Source of the DNA: Myxococcota bacterium
Lineage (GTDB): Bacteria; Myxococcota_A; UBA9160; UBA4427
NCBI GenBank assembly: GCA_041440805.1
Contig: JASDVF010000048.1
Span: 9,298 to 73,297, forward strand
DNA: 64,000 nt
Direction: 5' to 3'
The position numbers and the translations under genes were made by a program. A model generated the notes under the pieces. It was not told where the DNA came from and ran no database searches. It saw only the letters and a program-made list of their open reading frames with translations. Positions 1 through 8,598 of this stretch are shown here, in pieces; within the stretch, counting starts at the first letter, position 1, and every line of letters begins with the position of its first letter.

Positions 1-164
1 GTTTGACAATATATGACTGCGGAGTTGAGTAGAATATGACGGGTGGGGTAGCGAGCTCCGTTCGATCGAGCGAGGGTTGCCCCTTGCGATCTCCGAGGCG
101 CACTAGAAATTCAGTGCCCAGTGGTTTGATCTATCAGCAGAGTCACGGTCGAAGAGGGAGCGAG

Positions 165-1067
165 ATGCGAGATTTCGAGGGAAAGACTGCGGTCATCACT
201 GGCAGCGCGAGCGGCATGGGTTTGGCCTTCGCTGAGTGCATGGGACGTGAAGGCATGAACATTGTCATGGCGGACATTGAGGAGAAGGCGCTTAAGGTCG
301 CCGCTGCTCAGGTTGAGGCTCTCGGAGCGACGGTGCTTCCGGTCGTCACTGACGTCGGTGATGAAGCGGCGATGGATCATCTCGGTGAAGCCACGCGAGC
401 GGCCTTCGGCTCTCCTCATGTGATTTGCTTGAACGCAGGTGTCGCCCCCGCGAGCGTGCCTATGGAGGAGCTGACGACCGCGGATTGGAAGTGGACCTTC
501 GATGTGAATCTATGGGGTGTTGTGCACGGGATCCGAGTCTTTCTGCCCGAACTGAAGGCGCAGAACGAGGGAAGTCTCGTCATCACCGCATCGGTCGCAG
601 GACTCACGTCTTTCCCGTGGCTTGCACCTTATAACGCGACGAAGCACGCCGTAGTCTCGATTGCCGAGACGCTTCACACAGAGCTCGCGAACGTCGGATC
701 CGCCGTGAACGTCCATTGTCTTTGCCCCGGCATGGTGATGACTAATATAGGGGACGCCGCGCGGAATCGTCCCAAGGAACTCCGCAACGATGGCGAAGAG
801 GCAGTAGAGTTCTCGCCTTCACCCTCTGCGGGGAGCGATACGGATCTCTCTCAGTTCGCTGAGAACTTCGAGAAGATCGCAAAGAAACCAGACGAGGTGG
901 CAGAGCTCGTGCTCGCTGGAATCGTCGAAGAGCGGTTCTGGATCGAGACCGACGCCTACTACCGCGACACGATTCAGACGCGACATCGCGCGATCGAATC
1001 CTTCGAGTCGCCGCCGGGAGCGCAGTCGGTTATGGATCCATACCTGCACAAACTCGGTGGTGCCTAG
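165..1067 (+). CDS. SDR-family NAD(P)-dependent oxidoreductase
   Basis: ORF 36..1067 trimmed to ATG 165, with purine-rich GAAGAGGGAG just upstream. TGSASGMG cofactor motif and YNATK (YxxxK) catalytic motif. Confidence 0.85.
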   Translation: MRDFEGKTAVITGSASGMGLAFAECMGREGMNIVMADIEEKALKVAAAQVEALGATVLPVVTDVGDEAAMDHLGEATRAAFGSPHVICLNAGVAPASVPMEELTTADWKWTFDVNLWGVVHGIRVFLPELKAQNEGSLVITASVAGLTSFPWLAPYNATKHAVVSIAETLHTELANVGSAVNVHCLCPGMVMTNIGDAARNRPKELRNDGEEAVEFSPSPSAGSDTDLSQFAENFEKIAKKPDEVAELVLAGIVEERFWIETDAYYRDTIQTRHRAIESFESPPGAQSVMDPYLHKLGGA

Positions 1068-1077
1068 CGCCTAGCGT

Positions 1078-1956
1078 CTAGGGTTGGGCCTTCGGGGGGC
1101 GCGGGAAGAGGGTGGCCGTTCGAGCTCGGTAGGCCAGATAGCCGGCGTCTTCGCCCCAGCGTTTGCGAGCCCGCCCACGCAGAAGCGGAATACCGCTAAT
1201 CCGCGTCAGCAGAACAAACACGAAGATTGGCGAGATCAAGGTGGCGTACTGCGCTCCGCGAAGCGTGGGGAGCGCGATGAGGGCGATGCCGAACCAGAGC
1301 AGGATCTCTCCGAAATAGTTCGGGTGCTGGGACCACGCCCAGAGCCCACTCGTGATGAATTGGCCTTTGTTGGCCGGATCGCGTCGAAAGACCCGTTTCT
1401 GGTGATCGGCCACCACTTCGCAGGCGAAGCCGATGATCCAAAGCGTCGCACCGAGATAGGCGAAGCCACCGAGAGGCACGGCGGTGGCTGTCGTCATCGC
1501 TGCGAGGGCGCAGGAGGCTGTGAGGAAGACCCACAAGCCTTGCAGCGTCCAGGTCATTAGGAACCGCACGAAGTTCGGTTTGAGCGCGTCCATGCGGCCG
1601 TCGCCGCCGTCGGCGATGACCCGCACGAATAGGAAGCTGCCGAGTCGCGCGGCCCAGAGCCCGATCAATCCAGCGAGTAACCAGGCCCGATCGTCTGCCA
1701 ATCCTAGCAATACGGCGGCGACCATAAGGGCGAGGTAAGTGAGGCTGCCGCTGAGATCGAAATAGCGCTCGGTTTGGAATGCGAACGCCGGAATGAAGAT
1801 CAGCCAATTCACGATGAAGCTGAATGCGCCGCAGAGCGCGAATAGGGGCCATCCTGCCACGCCGATACTTGCTTGGCTCCCGGCCCAAGCGATGGCCGCG
1901 CCGATTGCGAGAATCACGGGCATAGCAATAAGAGCCTGTTGGGTGCGCGGGTGCAT
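1078..1956 (-). CDS. DUF1295 / steroid 5-alpha-reductase-like polytopic membrane protein
   Basis: ORF 1078..2163 trimmed to ATG 1956 (MHPRTQQALIAMPVIL..). Multiple hydrophobic helices. C-terminal SQHPNYFGEILLWFG motif is typical of this family. Confidence 0.75.
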   Translation of the reverse strand: MHPRTQQALIAMPVILAIGAAIAWAGSQASIGVAGWPLFALCGAFSFIVNWLIFIPAFAFQTERYFDLSGSLTYLALMVAAVLLGLADDRAWLLAGLIGLWAARLGSFLFVRVIADGGDGRMDALKPNFVRFLMTWTLQGLWVFLTASCALAAMTTATAVPLGGFAYLGATLWIIGFACEVVADHQKRVFRRDPANKGQFITSGLWAWSQHPNYFGEILLWFGIALIALPTLRGAQYATLISPIFVFVLLTRISGIPLLRGRARKRWGEDAGYLAYRARTATLFPRPPKAQP

Positions 1957-1998
1957 GAGCGAGTTCCTTGTTGTGGTCGGCCAGGCTCGGCGCGAAGC

Positions 1999-2163
1999 GA
2001 AGTAAGCATGCAGACAATAGCCCCGCGAGGCCCCCTCGCTAAGCGGATCGCCGACCCGCGTTGATCGGCACATATCTGAGAAGAGCACTGTTAGATGTCG
2101 GCGCTCATCCGGTCCACCGATTGCTGTGCCCAATCCTGTCTTTATCTCAGTGATCGAGCGCAC
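1999..2163 (-). pseudogene. relic of a class III adenylate/guanylate cyclase domain (start of the catalytic domain only)
   Basis: The in-frame extension upstream of the DUF1295 start reads GGPDERRHLTVLFSDMCRSTRVGDP...AYF. This matches the ERRxxTVLFxDxxxST opening of cyclase catalytic domains. Only about 40 codons remain, with no credible start and no rest of the domain. Confidence 0.4.
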
Positions 2164-2238
2164 TCTACCACCTCGCGCTGCTTAGGGAGAGGGAGATCCG
2201 TCGTGTGTGCCAGGTGTGGTGCTTGCTAGGCTAGGGCG

Positions 2239-3618
2239 ATGCGCCTCAACCTGGATCTGATCGCTCGTCCCTTTGTTTCGTTCTCGGAGCGCTACTACCC
2301 GGATCCCTTCGTGTTCGCGATTGGGTTGACGGGTTTGACATTTATGATGGCGGTCGTGCTCACTCCGACGACGGCCGCGGAAGCTCTCTCGCTTTGGGGG
2401 AACGGCCTCACCAATTTTCTCGGCTTCGCTATGCAAATCTGCATCGTATTGGTCGGAGCTCACGCACTCGCGCATACGGATCTCGTGCGCCGCGGGATCG
2501 ATGCGATCGCGCGCCTGCCAAGATCCGGTCCGGAAGCCTACGGATTGATCTGTTTACTTGCGGGCACGGCGAGCATGATTGCCGGCGCGCTCGGGCTGAT
2601 TGTTGGGGCCCTTGGCGCGGTGGCGATCGCACGAGAGGGAAGAGAAAAGGGAATTTCGCTGCACTTCCCGTTGCTTGTTGCGAGCGCCTATGGCGGATTC
2701 GTGATTTGGCATATGGGATATTCTGGCACGGCGCCGCTTGCGGTTGCGACCCCCGGCCACGCGCTTGAGTCTGTGATGGGGATTCTTCCTGTGAGCGAGA
2801 CAATGCTAACCGGCTGGAATCTGGGCCTGGCCGCGTTCACTCTCGTCGCTGTGGCCTTTGTATGTAGCCGCCTCGGGCCGAGTGAGGATCGAATCGTCAC
2901 TCTGGAGAATGCTGCCCTGTTAGGCGAAGACGGTGGGATTGTGAACGAATCGGCGTCTGCCGAAGCAAAGTTGAGCACGTCGGCGACAACGCCCGGGGAC
3001 AGGCTCGATCAGGCACGTATTCTTTCGGTGGGACTGGGGCTGCTCTTTGCGGTGTTTCTTGTGACGTGGTTCGCGGAGCGCGGATTGCAGCTCACTTTGA
3101 ATATCGTGAACTGGAGCTTCCTGGCGGCGGGACTACTTCTGGCCCGTTCGCCGAAGCACTATCTCGGGCTCATCAACAATGCGAGCCGAACTCTTGGGCC
3201 GGTTGTGTTGCAGTATCCGCTCTATGCAGCAGTTGTCGCGCTCATCACGCAGACTGAACTCGTCGGGCTCTTTTCAGACGGATTCGTGGCGATCTCGACG
3301 GAAGGCACCCTTGGGTTCTGGGCTTTCGTCTCCGGCGGCGTGCTGAACTTCTTCGTGCCTTCCGGCGGCGGACAATGGGCCGTCCAAGGGCCGATCTTTC
3401 TCGAAGCCGCGAGTGAGCTTGGCGTGTCGAATTCCGTCATCGTGATGGGCGTCGCCTACGGCGACCAGTGGACGAATATGATTCAGCCCTTTTGGGCACT
3501 TCCGCTACTCGCGATCGTGGAACTCGATGCGCGGGCAATTATGGGATACTGCTTCGTGATCTTTCTGACTTCGTTCGTCTGTCTCGGCGGCGGGATGCTC
3601 CTGTTAGGAGCCGGGTAA
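2239..3618 (+). CDS. short-chain fatty acid transporter (AtoE family) permease
   Basis: 459-aa polytopic ORF. The N-terminus MRLNLDLIARPFVSFSERYYPDPFVFAIGLT and the overall length match AtoE-type transporters, recognised by eye. Confidence 0.75.
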   Translation: MRLNLDLIARPFVSFSERYYPDPFVFAIGLTGLTFMMAVVLTPTTAAEALSLWGNGLTNFLGFAMQICIVLVGAHALAHTDLVRRGIDAIARLPRSGPEAYGLICLLAGTASMIAGALGLIVGALGAVAIAREGREKGISLHFPLLVASAYGGFVIWHMGYSGTAPLAVATPGHALESVMGILPVSETMLTGWNLGLAAFTLVAVAFVCSRLGPSEDRIVTLENAALLGEDGGIVNESASAEAKLSTSATTPGDRLDQARILSVGLGLLFAVFLVTWFAERGLQLTLNIVNWSFLAAGLLLARSPKHYLGLINNASRTLGPVVLQYPLYAAVVALITQTELVGLFSDGFVAISTEGTLGFWAFVSGGVLNFFVPSGGGQWAVQGPIFLEAASELGVSNSVIVMGVAYGDQWTNMIQPFWALPLLAIVELDARAIMGYCFVIFLTSFVCLGGGMLLLGAG

Positions 3619-3657
3619 CGCCCGAATTAATAGGAGTCGGGTAACGCCCGAATTAAC
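3606..3657. repeat. 26-bp tandem duplication (aggag[c/t]cgggtaacgcccgaattaa[t/c]) x2
   Basis: Units 3606-3631 and 3632-3657 differ at 2 positions. Copy 1 contains the AtoE stop (TAA 3616-3618). Copy 2 contains the stop of the convergent BVMO gene (tta 3653-3655). Confidence 0.9.
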
Positions 3658-5095
3658 TCGGTCGTGCACCCACGCTGTAGTCACCCGGCTCAACCTGTTC
3701 AGTCATCTCGCGAAACTCCGTCATGCTGAAGGGCCATTGCGTTACGACCCGGCCACTCGCCGTCTTGTAGTAACCGTTCACTTCGTGATTCCAGACGGGT
3801 ATGCCGGCAATCGCCGTTTGAATTTGCTCGTTGTAGGCCGTTTGCCTTTCGGGCTTGACGTCGACCCAGTCGACGCCGTCCTTAGCAAGGCTCTTTACAT
3901 GACCCAGTACGTGTAGCGTTTGGTATTCGAGCATCTGGAGGATCGATCCGTTGTTCGTATTCGGTCCGTAGAGCATGAAGAGATTCGGAAATCCTGCCGT
4001 CGTCATACCGAGAAAGGCCGACGCGCCATCCGCCCATGCGTCGTTGATATGCAGCCCCTCGCGTCCGCGAACATCAAGAGCGGACAAGTATTTGGTTGCG
4101 GAGAATCCCGTGGCAAGAACTAGCAGGTCGACTTCACGTTCCTGACCATCCGACGTTACGAGGCCGGTTTTGGTTACGTTTTGAATTACGTCCGTAACGA
4201 GTTCGAGGTTGGGTTCGTTGAAAGCCGGATAGAAGCGGTTTGAGACCAGGGGACGTTTCGCGCCGTAGGGGTGATGAGCCCGAAGCTTCTCACGAACCTC
4301 GGGATCCTGGACCTGGCTGCGGAGCATGTCGCCGTAGCCCTCGATCTCCTTCATGACGTCCGTGTTCGCGAAGGTCATCCCTTCGTCGATGGTACGGAAC
4401 ATCTCGCCTCGCTTGGCCTCGAGTTCGGAAGGATCCAATCGAAAGGCAGCGAGTTCCTCCTCGGTGTAAGGCTCGTCCTCTTTCGGAATAATCCAGTTGG
4501 CCGTGCGCTGAAACAGGTGAACTTGTTTGGCGACATCGACGAGTTCGGGAACGATTTGCACCGCGCTTGCGGCGCTCCCGACGACACCGATCCGCTGGCC
4601 TTCTAGAGGGACGTCCCAATCCCATCGTGCCGAGTGGAAACACGGACCTTCGAAGTCTGCGAGACCTTTGAGGTCGGGGTAGGTGAGATCGTTGAACATG
4701 CCGACCGCAGAGACGACGACGTTCGCGTCGAGGGTGTCCCCGATCGCAAGGTCTAGCTGCCAGCTTGCGGTGTCTTCCTGCCAGGCTGCGCGAGTCACTT
4801 CAGAGTCGAAGCGGCAATGGCCTAGCAAGTCGTACTTCTCCGCGATGCCTTCCATGTAGGCAAGCAACTCCGGTTGCGGCGCGTAGGGACGCGTCCAATC
4901 GTATTTCTTCTCGAACGAGAATGAATATAGATACGAGGGAAGGTCGACTGCACAGCCCGGGTAGCGATTGTGATACCAGGTGCCTCCGACCCCTTGTCCT
5001 TTTTCAAGGATCACGAAGTCGTTAAAGCCTGCTTCCTTGAGACGGATGCCCATGCATAGGCCGCCGGGCCCCGCTCCGATGATGGCGATCTTCAT
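3653..5095 (-). CDS. type I Baeyer-Villiger / flavin-containing monooxygenase
   Basis: N-terminal GAGPGG FAD fold. BVMO fingerprint FEGPCFHSARWD (FxGxxxHxxxWD). Second Rossmann motif GVVGSAASAVQ. Confidence 0.85.
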   Translation of the reverse strand: MKIAIIGAGPGGLCMGIRLKEAGFNDFVILEKGQGVGGTWYHNRYPGCAVDLPSYLYSFSFEKKYDWTRPYAPQPELLAYMEGIAEKYDLLGHCRFDSEVTRAAWQEDTASWQLDLAIGDTLDANVVVSAVGMFNDLTYPDLKGLADFEGPCFHSARWDWDVPLEGQRIGVVGSAASAVQIVPELVDVAKQVHLFQRTANWIIPKEDEPYTEEELAAFRLDPSELEAKRGEMFRTIDEGMTFANTDVMKEIEGYGDMLRSQVQDPEVREKLRAHHPYGAKRPLVSNRFYPAFNEPNLELVTDVIQNVTKTGLVTSDGQEREVDLLVLATGFSATKYLSALDVRGREGLHINDAWADGASAFLGMTTAGFPNLFMLYGPNTNNGSILQMLEYQTLHVLGHVKSLAKDGVDWVDVKPERQTAYNEQIQTAIAGIPVWNHEVNGYYKTASGRVVTQWPFSMTEFREMTEQVEPGDYSVGARPS

Positions 5096-5153
5096 ACGTT
5101 ATGACTCTCTAATTCTCGAGGGGAGTGACAAACGGCAATGCGAGACGATAGGG

Positions 5154-6098
5154 CTAGGCAATCGGGGAATAGAATTGCTTGGCCCACTTTCGGAATTCGA
5201 CAAGCAGTGCGTCGGCTTCGCAGAAGACGGGTTCGGCACGATGGATCTTGTTGGTCCAAATCCTCATGTCGTCGTAGACACCCTTGGTGATGCTGTCCAT
5301 CCACTCTTCCCCCGCGATGTCGACGGAGTTGTTGGTCGTTGTGAGCGCCCACCGCGAGACCGTGGTGTTTCGATCGATCGGGGAGGTGGAGGTGAACATA
5401 AAAAGGCCTACCCCTGGGATGCCGGAGCTTTCGACTGTGCCGAGGCCGAGTCCCCATGTCTCACGAAGGAGCTGCATGTCGAAGGTGCCGACGGGAGTTT
5501 CCTGGGTGCTGTAACTAACAGCATTCAGAACCCGACCATCCTCTTCAAAGGAGATTTCGGTATCCGGGGTGCCGCTCATCTTGTGGACGTATTCGAAGTG
5601 AACCGGATCGAGATTATTCTCGGCCATGTCCTGAATATGAACGGGTACTTCGATCTCAAAAGTGCGGACCGGGGACCAGTCGGCGTCGCCGTACTGTGTG
5701 GCAGCAGGCACTTCCCAAGTAGGCGCCTTTCCTTCAGTGTGATGCCATACGAAGATCATATGATTGAGTTCGCAGACATCCCACGCGCGGACACGAGCCT
5801 TCGCCGGAATGCGTGCGCAGTACGGAATTTTCGCACACTCGCCGCTTTCGCCATCGTATTCCCAGCCATGGAAGGGGCATCGAACCGATTCGCCTTGGAC
5901 CCGTCCGCCTTCGGCAAGATGGGCGCCGAGGTGAGGGCAGTAGGCGTCGAGTACGCGCGCGACACCTGAACGGGTGCGGAATAACACCATATCGTTCTCG
6001 AAGTAGCGGATGCGTTGCACATCGCCGACGCCGAGGTCCTTACTCCAGGCTACGGCGTACCAGCCATTGGGGATTCCGGGGGAGCCGCGGTCTTCCAT
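5154..6098 (-). CDS. Rieske [2Fe-2S] non-heme iron oxygenase, KshA-like (3-ketosteroid 9alpha-hydroxylase family)
   Basis: ORF 5154..6173 trimmed to ATG 6098. Rieske motif CPHLGAHL-x-CPFHGW (CxH-17-CxxH). Mononuclear iron motif ENNLDPVHFEYVH (Ex3Dx2Hx4H). Confidence 0.85.
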   Translation of the reverse strand: MEDRGSPGIPNGWYAVAWSKDLGVGDVQRIRYFENDMVLFRTRSGVARVLDAYCPHLGAHLAEGGRVQGESVRCPFHGWEYDGESGECAKIPYCARIPAKARVRAWDVCELNHMIFVWHHTEGKAPTWEVPAATQYGDADWSPVRTFEIEVPVHIQDMAENNLDPVHFEYVHKMSGTPDTEISFEEDGRVLNAVSYSTQETPVGTFDMQLLRETWGLGLGTVESSGIPGVGLFMFTSTSPIDRNTTVSRWALTTTNNSVDIAGEEWMDSITKGVYDDMRIWTNKIHRAEPVFCEADALLVEFRKWAKQFYSPIA

Positions 6099-6188
6099 CT
6101 TGTCATCCTCATGTCGGCCATCGCAAAGCGAAGCGGAATGCGAACCGCGATGGCACTGGGACGGTAGCGACACGAGGACGGCGCGCGA

Positions 6189-6203
6189 GGGGGGGTGGGG
6201 GGG
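6189..6203. repeat. G7-T-G7 homopolymer pair
   Basis: gggggggtggggggg, about 90 bp upstream (minus sense) of the KshA-like start. Confidence 0.9.
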
Positions 6204-6230
6204 ACGTCTGTGGAGATGACGAAGGCGTCT

Positions 6231-6263
6231 ATACCCCCGTGATACCCCCGTGATACCCCCGCT
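6231..6263. repeat. 3 x 11-bp tandem repeat (atacccccgtg)
   Basis: Units at 6231-6241, 6242-6252 and 6253-6263; the last unit is degenerate. The array abuts the stop codon of the kinase gene at 6263-6265. Confidence 0.9.
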
Positions 6264-7342
6264 TATAATCCCGCAAATTCCTTAAGCGCGGAACGCGGGT
6301 CGAGGTCCTCGATCACGCATTGCGAGCGCTCGAGGAAGGATCGCGAGAGCAACTTGTTCTCTTCGGGTTCGTTCTCGGGAAAGAGCACCAAGGGACAGGA
6401 AGCCGGTGCCGCATACGCTGCATGTACGCGATGCAGCAGCCATGCGTCGTCGAAGTCATAAGTGTCGCCTCCCGCTTCCACGCGTGCTTCGAGATAGCGC
6501 CGGATCAGGTCCTGTTCGTGGGCGCGTCGGTTCTCGGGCGAGAGGGCCATCGTGATGAAATACCCGACATCGCGCATAGGCGTACCGAGCTGAATCAAAC
6601 CCCAGTCGAGAAACCCAACCCGATCGTTTTCGAGGAAGAGGTTGCCGACGTGGCTATCCCCTTGCAGCACCGTAGTTGGACCACGGAGCCAGATTTCATC
6701 CAGGGCATCGCGATGATCGATATAAAGTTGGGCCATCTCGGCGTAGGGATCGCGGAGTTTGTCACGATGGTTGTCGAGACCGAACTGAAGCATCCAGATC
6801 CCCATGTCGCTGGCTTCGTCCATTTGCGTAATCCATGGGGCCTCTCGCTGTCTCGTGCCTTCGTCACCGAAGTGAACATGAAGCGCGGCGTAGTCGGACA
6901 TGGCCGCGAAGGCCTGGGCCACACTTATTCCGGTGGCGGGGTTCGCTAGTTCACAGTCTGTGGGGCCGAGGTCTTCGAGGAGAAGTACGAAACTGCCATC
7001 GGCTTCGTCGAGTTCCGCGACATAGGGGCGAGGCACTCGCATGGGGACATCGCTTGCGAGCGTTTGGTAGAAGAGCGCTTCTCGCCGGCCCATGCCTGTA
7101 TCAAGAATCGTCTTTCGCCGCTCCGGATCGACGGGAAGCATCTTGAGAAAGAAGGTTTCTGGAAGCCCGCAGGGCTCGGTATAACTAACGCCGACGCGCG
7201 CATTCGAATTCGTTCCGTGATGAATTTCTAGAATTTCGACGGACGAAACGCGGGCGCTTGGATGACGCTTCGAGAGGGCAGTCGTCAGCCATTCTGGGGT
7301 TAACTCGGCGGGGTCACGGGGTAGGTTTGTCGTGGAAGTCAT
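6263..7342 (-). CDS. phosphotransferase-family (APH / ecdysteroid-kinase-like) small-molecule kinase
   Basis: 359-aa ORF. Catalytic loop LQGDSHVGNLF and metal-binding FLDWG motifs of the aminoglycoside/choline kinase fold. Confidence 0.8.
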   Translation of the reverse strand: MTSTTNLPRDPAELTPEWLTTALSKRHPSARVSSVEILEIHHGTNSNARVGVSYTEPCGLPETFFLKMLPVDPERRKTILDTGMGRREALFYQTLASDVPMRVPRPYVAELDEADGSFVLLLEDLGPTDCELANPATGISVAQAFAAMSDYAALHVHFGDEGTRQREAPWITQMDEASDMGIWMLQFGLDNHRDKLRDPYAEMAQLYIDHRDALDEIWLRGPTTVLQGDSHVGNLFLENDRVGFLDWGLIQLGTPMRDVGYFITMALSPENRRAHEQDLIRRYLEARVEAGGDTYDFDDAWLLHRVHAAYAAPASCPLVLFPENEPEENKLLSRSFLERSQCVIEDLDPRSALKEFAGL

Positions 7343-7497
7343 GCTTCGACGTTAGCGAGGGGAAGCGATATGCACATCGTGCGCCTCCGGCCCGTAGGAG
7401 CGGGGCCCGATCCGTAAAGAAGCGAGGGCGTCAGGTCTATTCGAGACCGTTCGCCGTCCTCCTGCATCCTCCTCCATCCTCCTTTCTAGGGCCCGCC

Positions 7498-7809
7498 ATG
7501 AAACGCCCCGCCACGAATCTTCTTGTACTGCTTGGTCTGCGCTCGGCGATTTTGCTTGCAGGCTGTTCCGAGGAACCCGCTCCTACGCGTTCCGTTTCCT
7601 ACGGCTCGACATCCTCCAAATGGTCGTCTCCGACCGCTGGGAGCTTTGGTCCGAGGCCGACGATGAGCGGGGCGAGCAGGTCGACTCCCACAAGGATTTT
7701 TTTGAGGTTCGGCGTCATGCCGCCGGAGCGCCGTACAGACCCAAAGCCTGCGTCGCTCATTCAAGCGCTTAAACAAAGAATCGGCGATGCGAAGATTCCG
7801 AGAGCCTAA
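7498..7809 (+). CDS. putative small lipoprotein (possibly frameshifted or decayed)
   Basis: ATG 7498 within ORF 7258..7809. Signal peptide with lipobox LLAGC. The mature part is low-complexity, and an alternative frame from about 7609 looks more protein-like, so the coding status is uncertain. Confidence 0.3.
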   Translation: MKRPATNLLVLLGLRSAILLAGCSEEPAPTRSVSYGSTSSKWSSPTAGSFGPRPTMSGASRSTPTRIFLRFGVMPPERRTDPKPASLIQALKQRIGDAKIPRA

Positions 7810-8441
7810 CGTCCGATTGTGCCGACGGCTGCGCGAATTAGGTCTACGACGGCATCAATGATGCGTGGGTCATCTGGGAAGCGCGCATCGTTTCGATAGG
7901 CGCGTCCTGAGTAGTCGGATTGAAGCTGGCATACGACGTCCGCGGTTGCTTGGACATCAATGCCTTCCCTGAATGCGCCGTCGGCGATCCCGCGTTCGAG
8001 AATGCTTGCGACTAGATCGCGATGCGGCTGAATACGGTCGCTTCCCGTTGATTGCAGCCGTGCTAGTTGAAGCTCAGGATCGTCTCGAAGGAAGGCCGGA
8101 AGAAGAGGGTGGGTTCTGCAGAACTCGACCGACCGTCGGAACATGCCTTCGAGAGCATCCGGCGCGCTTTCGTCTTCCCGAGGAACCATCTCCCGAACCC
8201 AGTCCCGCAGAGTTTCTTCGAGCACGCGCTCGACTAAATCTTCTTTATTGCGGAAGAACTGGTAGAGCAGCCCGTTCGAGACCCCAGCACGGCGCGCAAT
8301 CTCGGTCACCGTCGCCCGGGCATATCCGAGTTCACCTAGGCAAGCCTGCGCCGCCTCGAGAATTCGCTCGCGCTTTCGCTCGCTCTCGGCCTGCCTGCGC
8401 CCGAGCGCGGGATCGACGATTTCCTGCGTAGGGATAGTCAT
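7806..8441 (-). CDS. TetR/AcrR-family transcriptional regulator
   Basis: N-terminal HTH ATVTEIARRAGVSNGLLYQFFRNKEDL. 211 aa. Divergent from the amidohydrolase gene. Confidence 0.9.
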   Translation of the reverse strand: MTIPTQEIVDPALGRRQAESERKRERILEAAQACLGELGYARATVTEIARRAGVSNGLLYQFFRNKEDLVERVLEETLRDWVREMVPREDESAPDALEGMFRRSVEFCRTHPLLPAFLRDDPELQLARLQSTGSDRIQPHRDLVASILERGIADGAFREGIDVQATADVVCQLQSDYSGRAYRNDARFPDDPRIIDAVVDLIRAAVGTIGR

Positions 8442-8513
8442 TTGGCGATCTTTCTGCGTGTGCGTAAGGGAGGGGCACCGCGCGTATCGGCCATTGAGTG
8501 AATATTTGTATCA

Positions 8514-8530
8514 GATCTTCATTGAAAATC
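8514..8530. promoter_or_regulatory. 17-bp imperfect palindrome GATCTTCATTGAAAATC, candidate TetR operator
   Basis: 7 of 8 arm pairs are complementary. It lies in an AT-rich island between the divergent TetR and amidohydrolase genes and overlaps the putative -35. Confidence 0.4.
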
Positions 8531-8550
8531 ATAGTAAAATCGTTCATTAT
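8522..8550 (+). promoter_or_regulatory. sigma70-like promoter candidate for the amidohydrolase gene
   Basis: TTGAAA (8522-8527), 17-nt spacer, CATTAT (8545-8550). Followed by an 8-bp 5'-UTR hairpin at 8559-8578 and a GGAGG RBS at 8586-8590. Confidence 0.35.
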
Positions 8551-8598
8551 AAGTCTCGCCGGGACCCTTTGGGCCCGGACACAACGGAGGATTCCCCC

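Noticed and set aside
3-35. TTGACA ... TAGAAT promoter-like hexamers upstream of the first SDR
   Set aside because: The spacer is 21 nt, too long for a sigma70 promoter. The window edge prevents further assessment.
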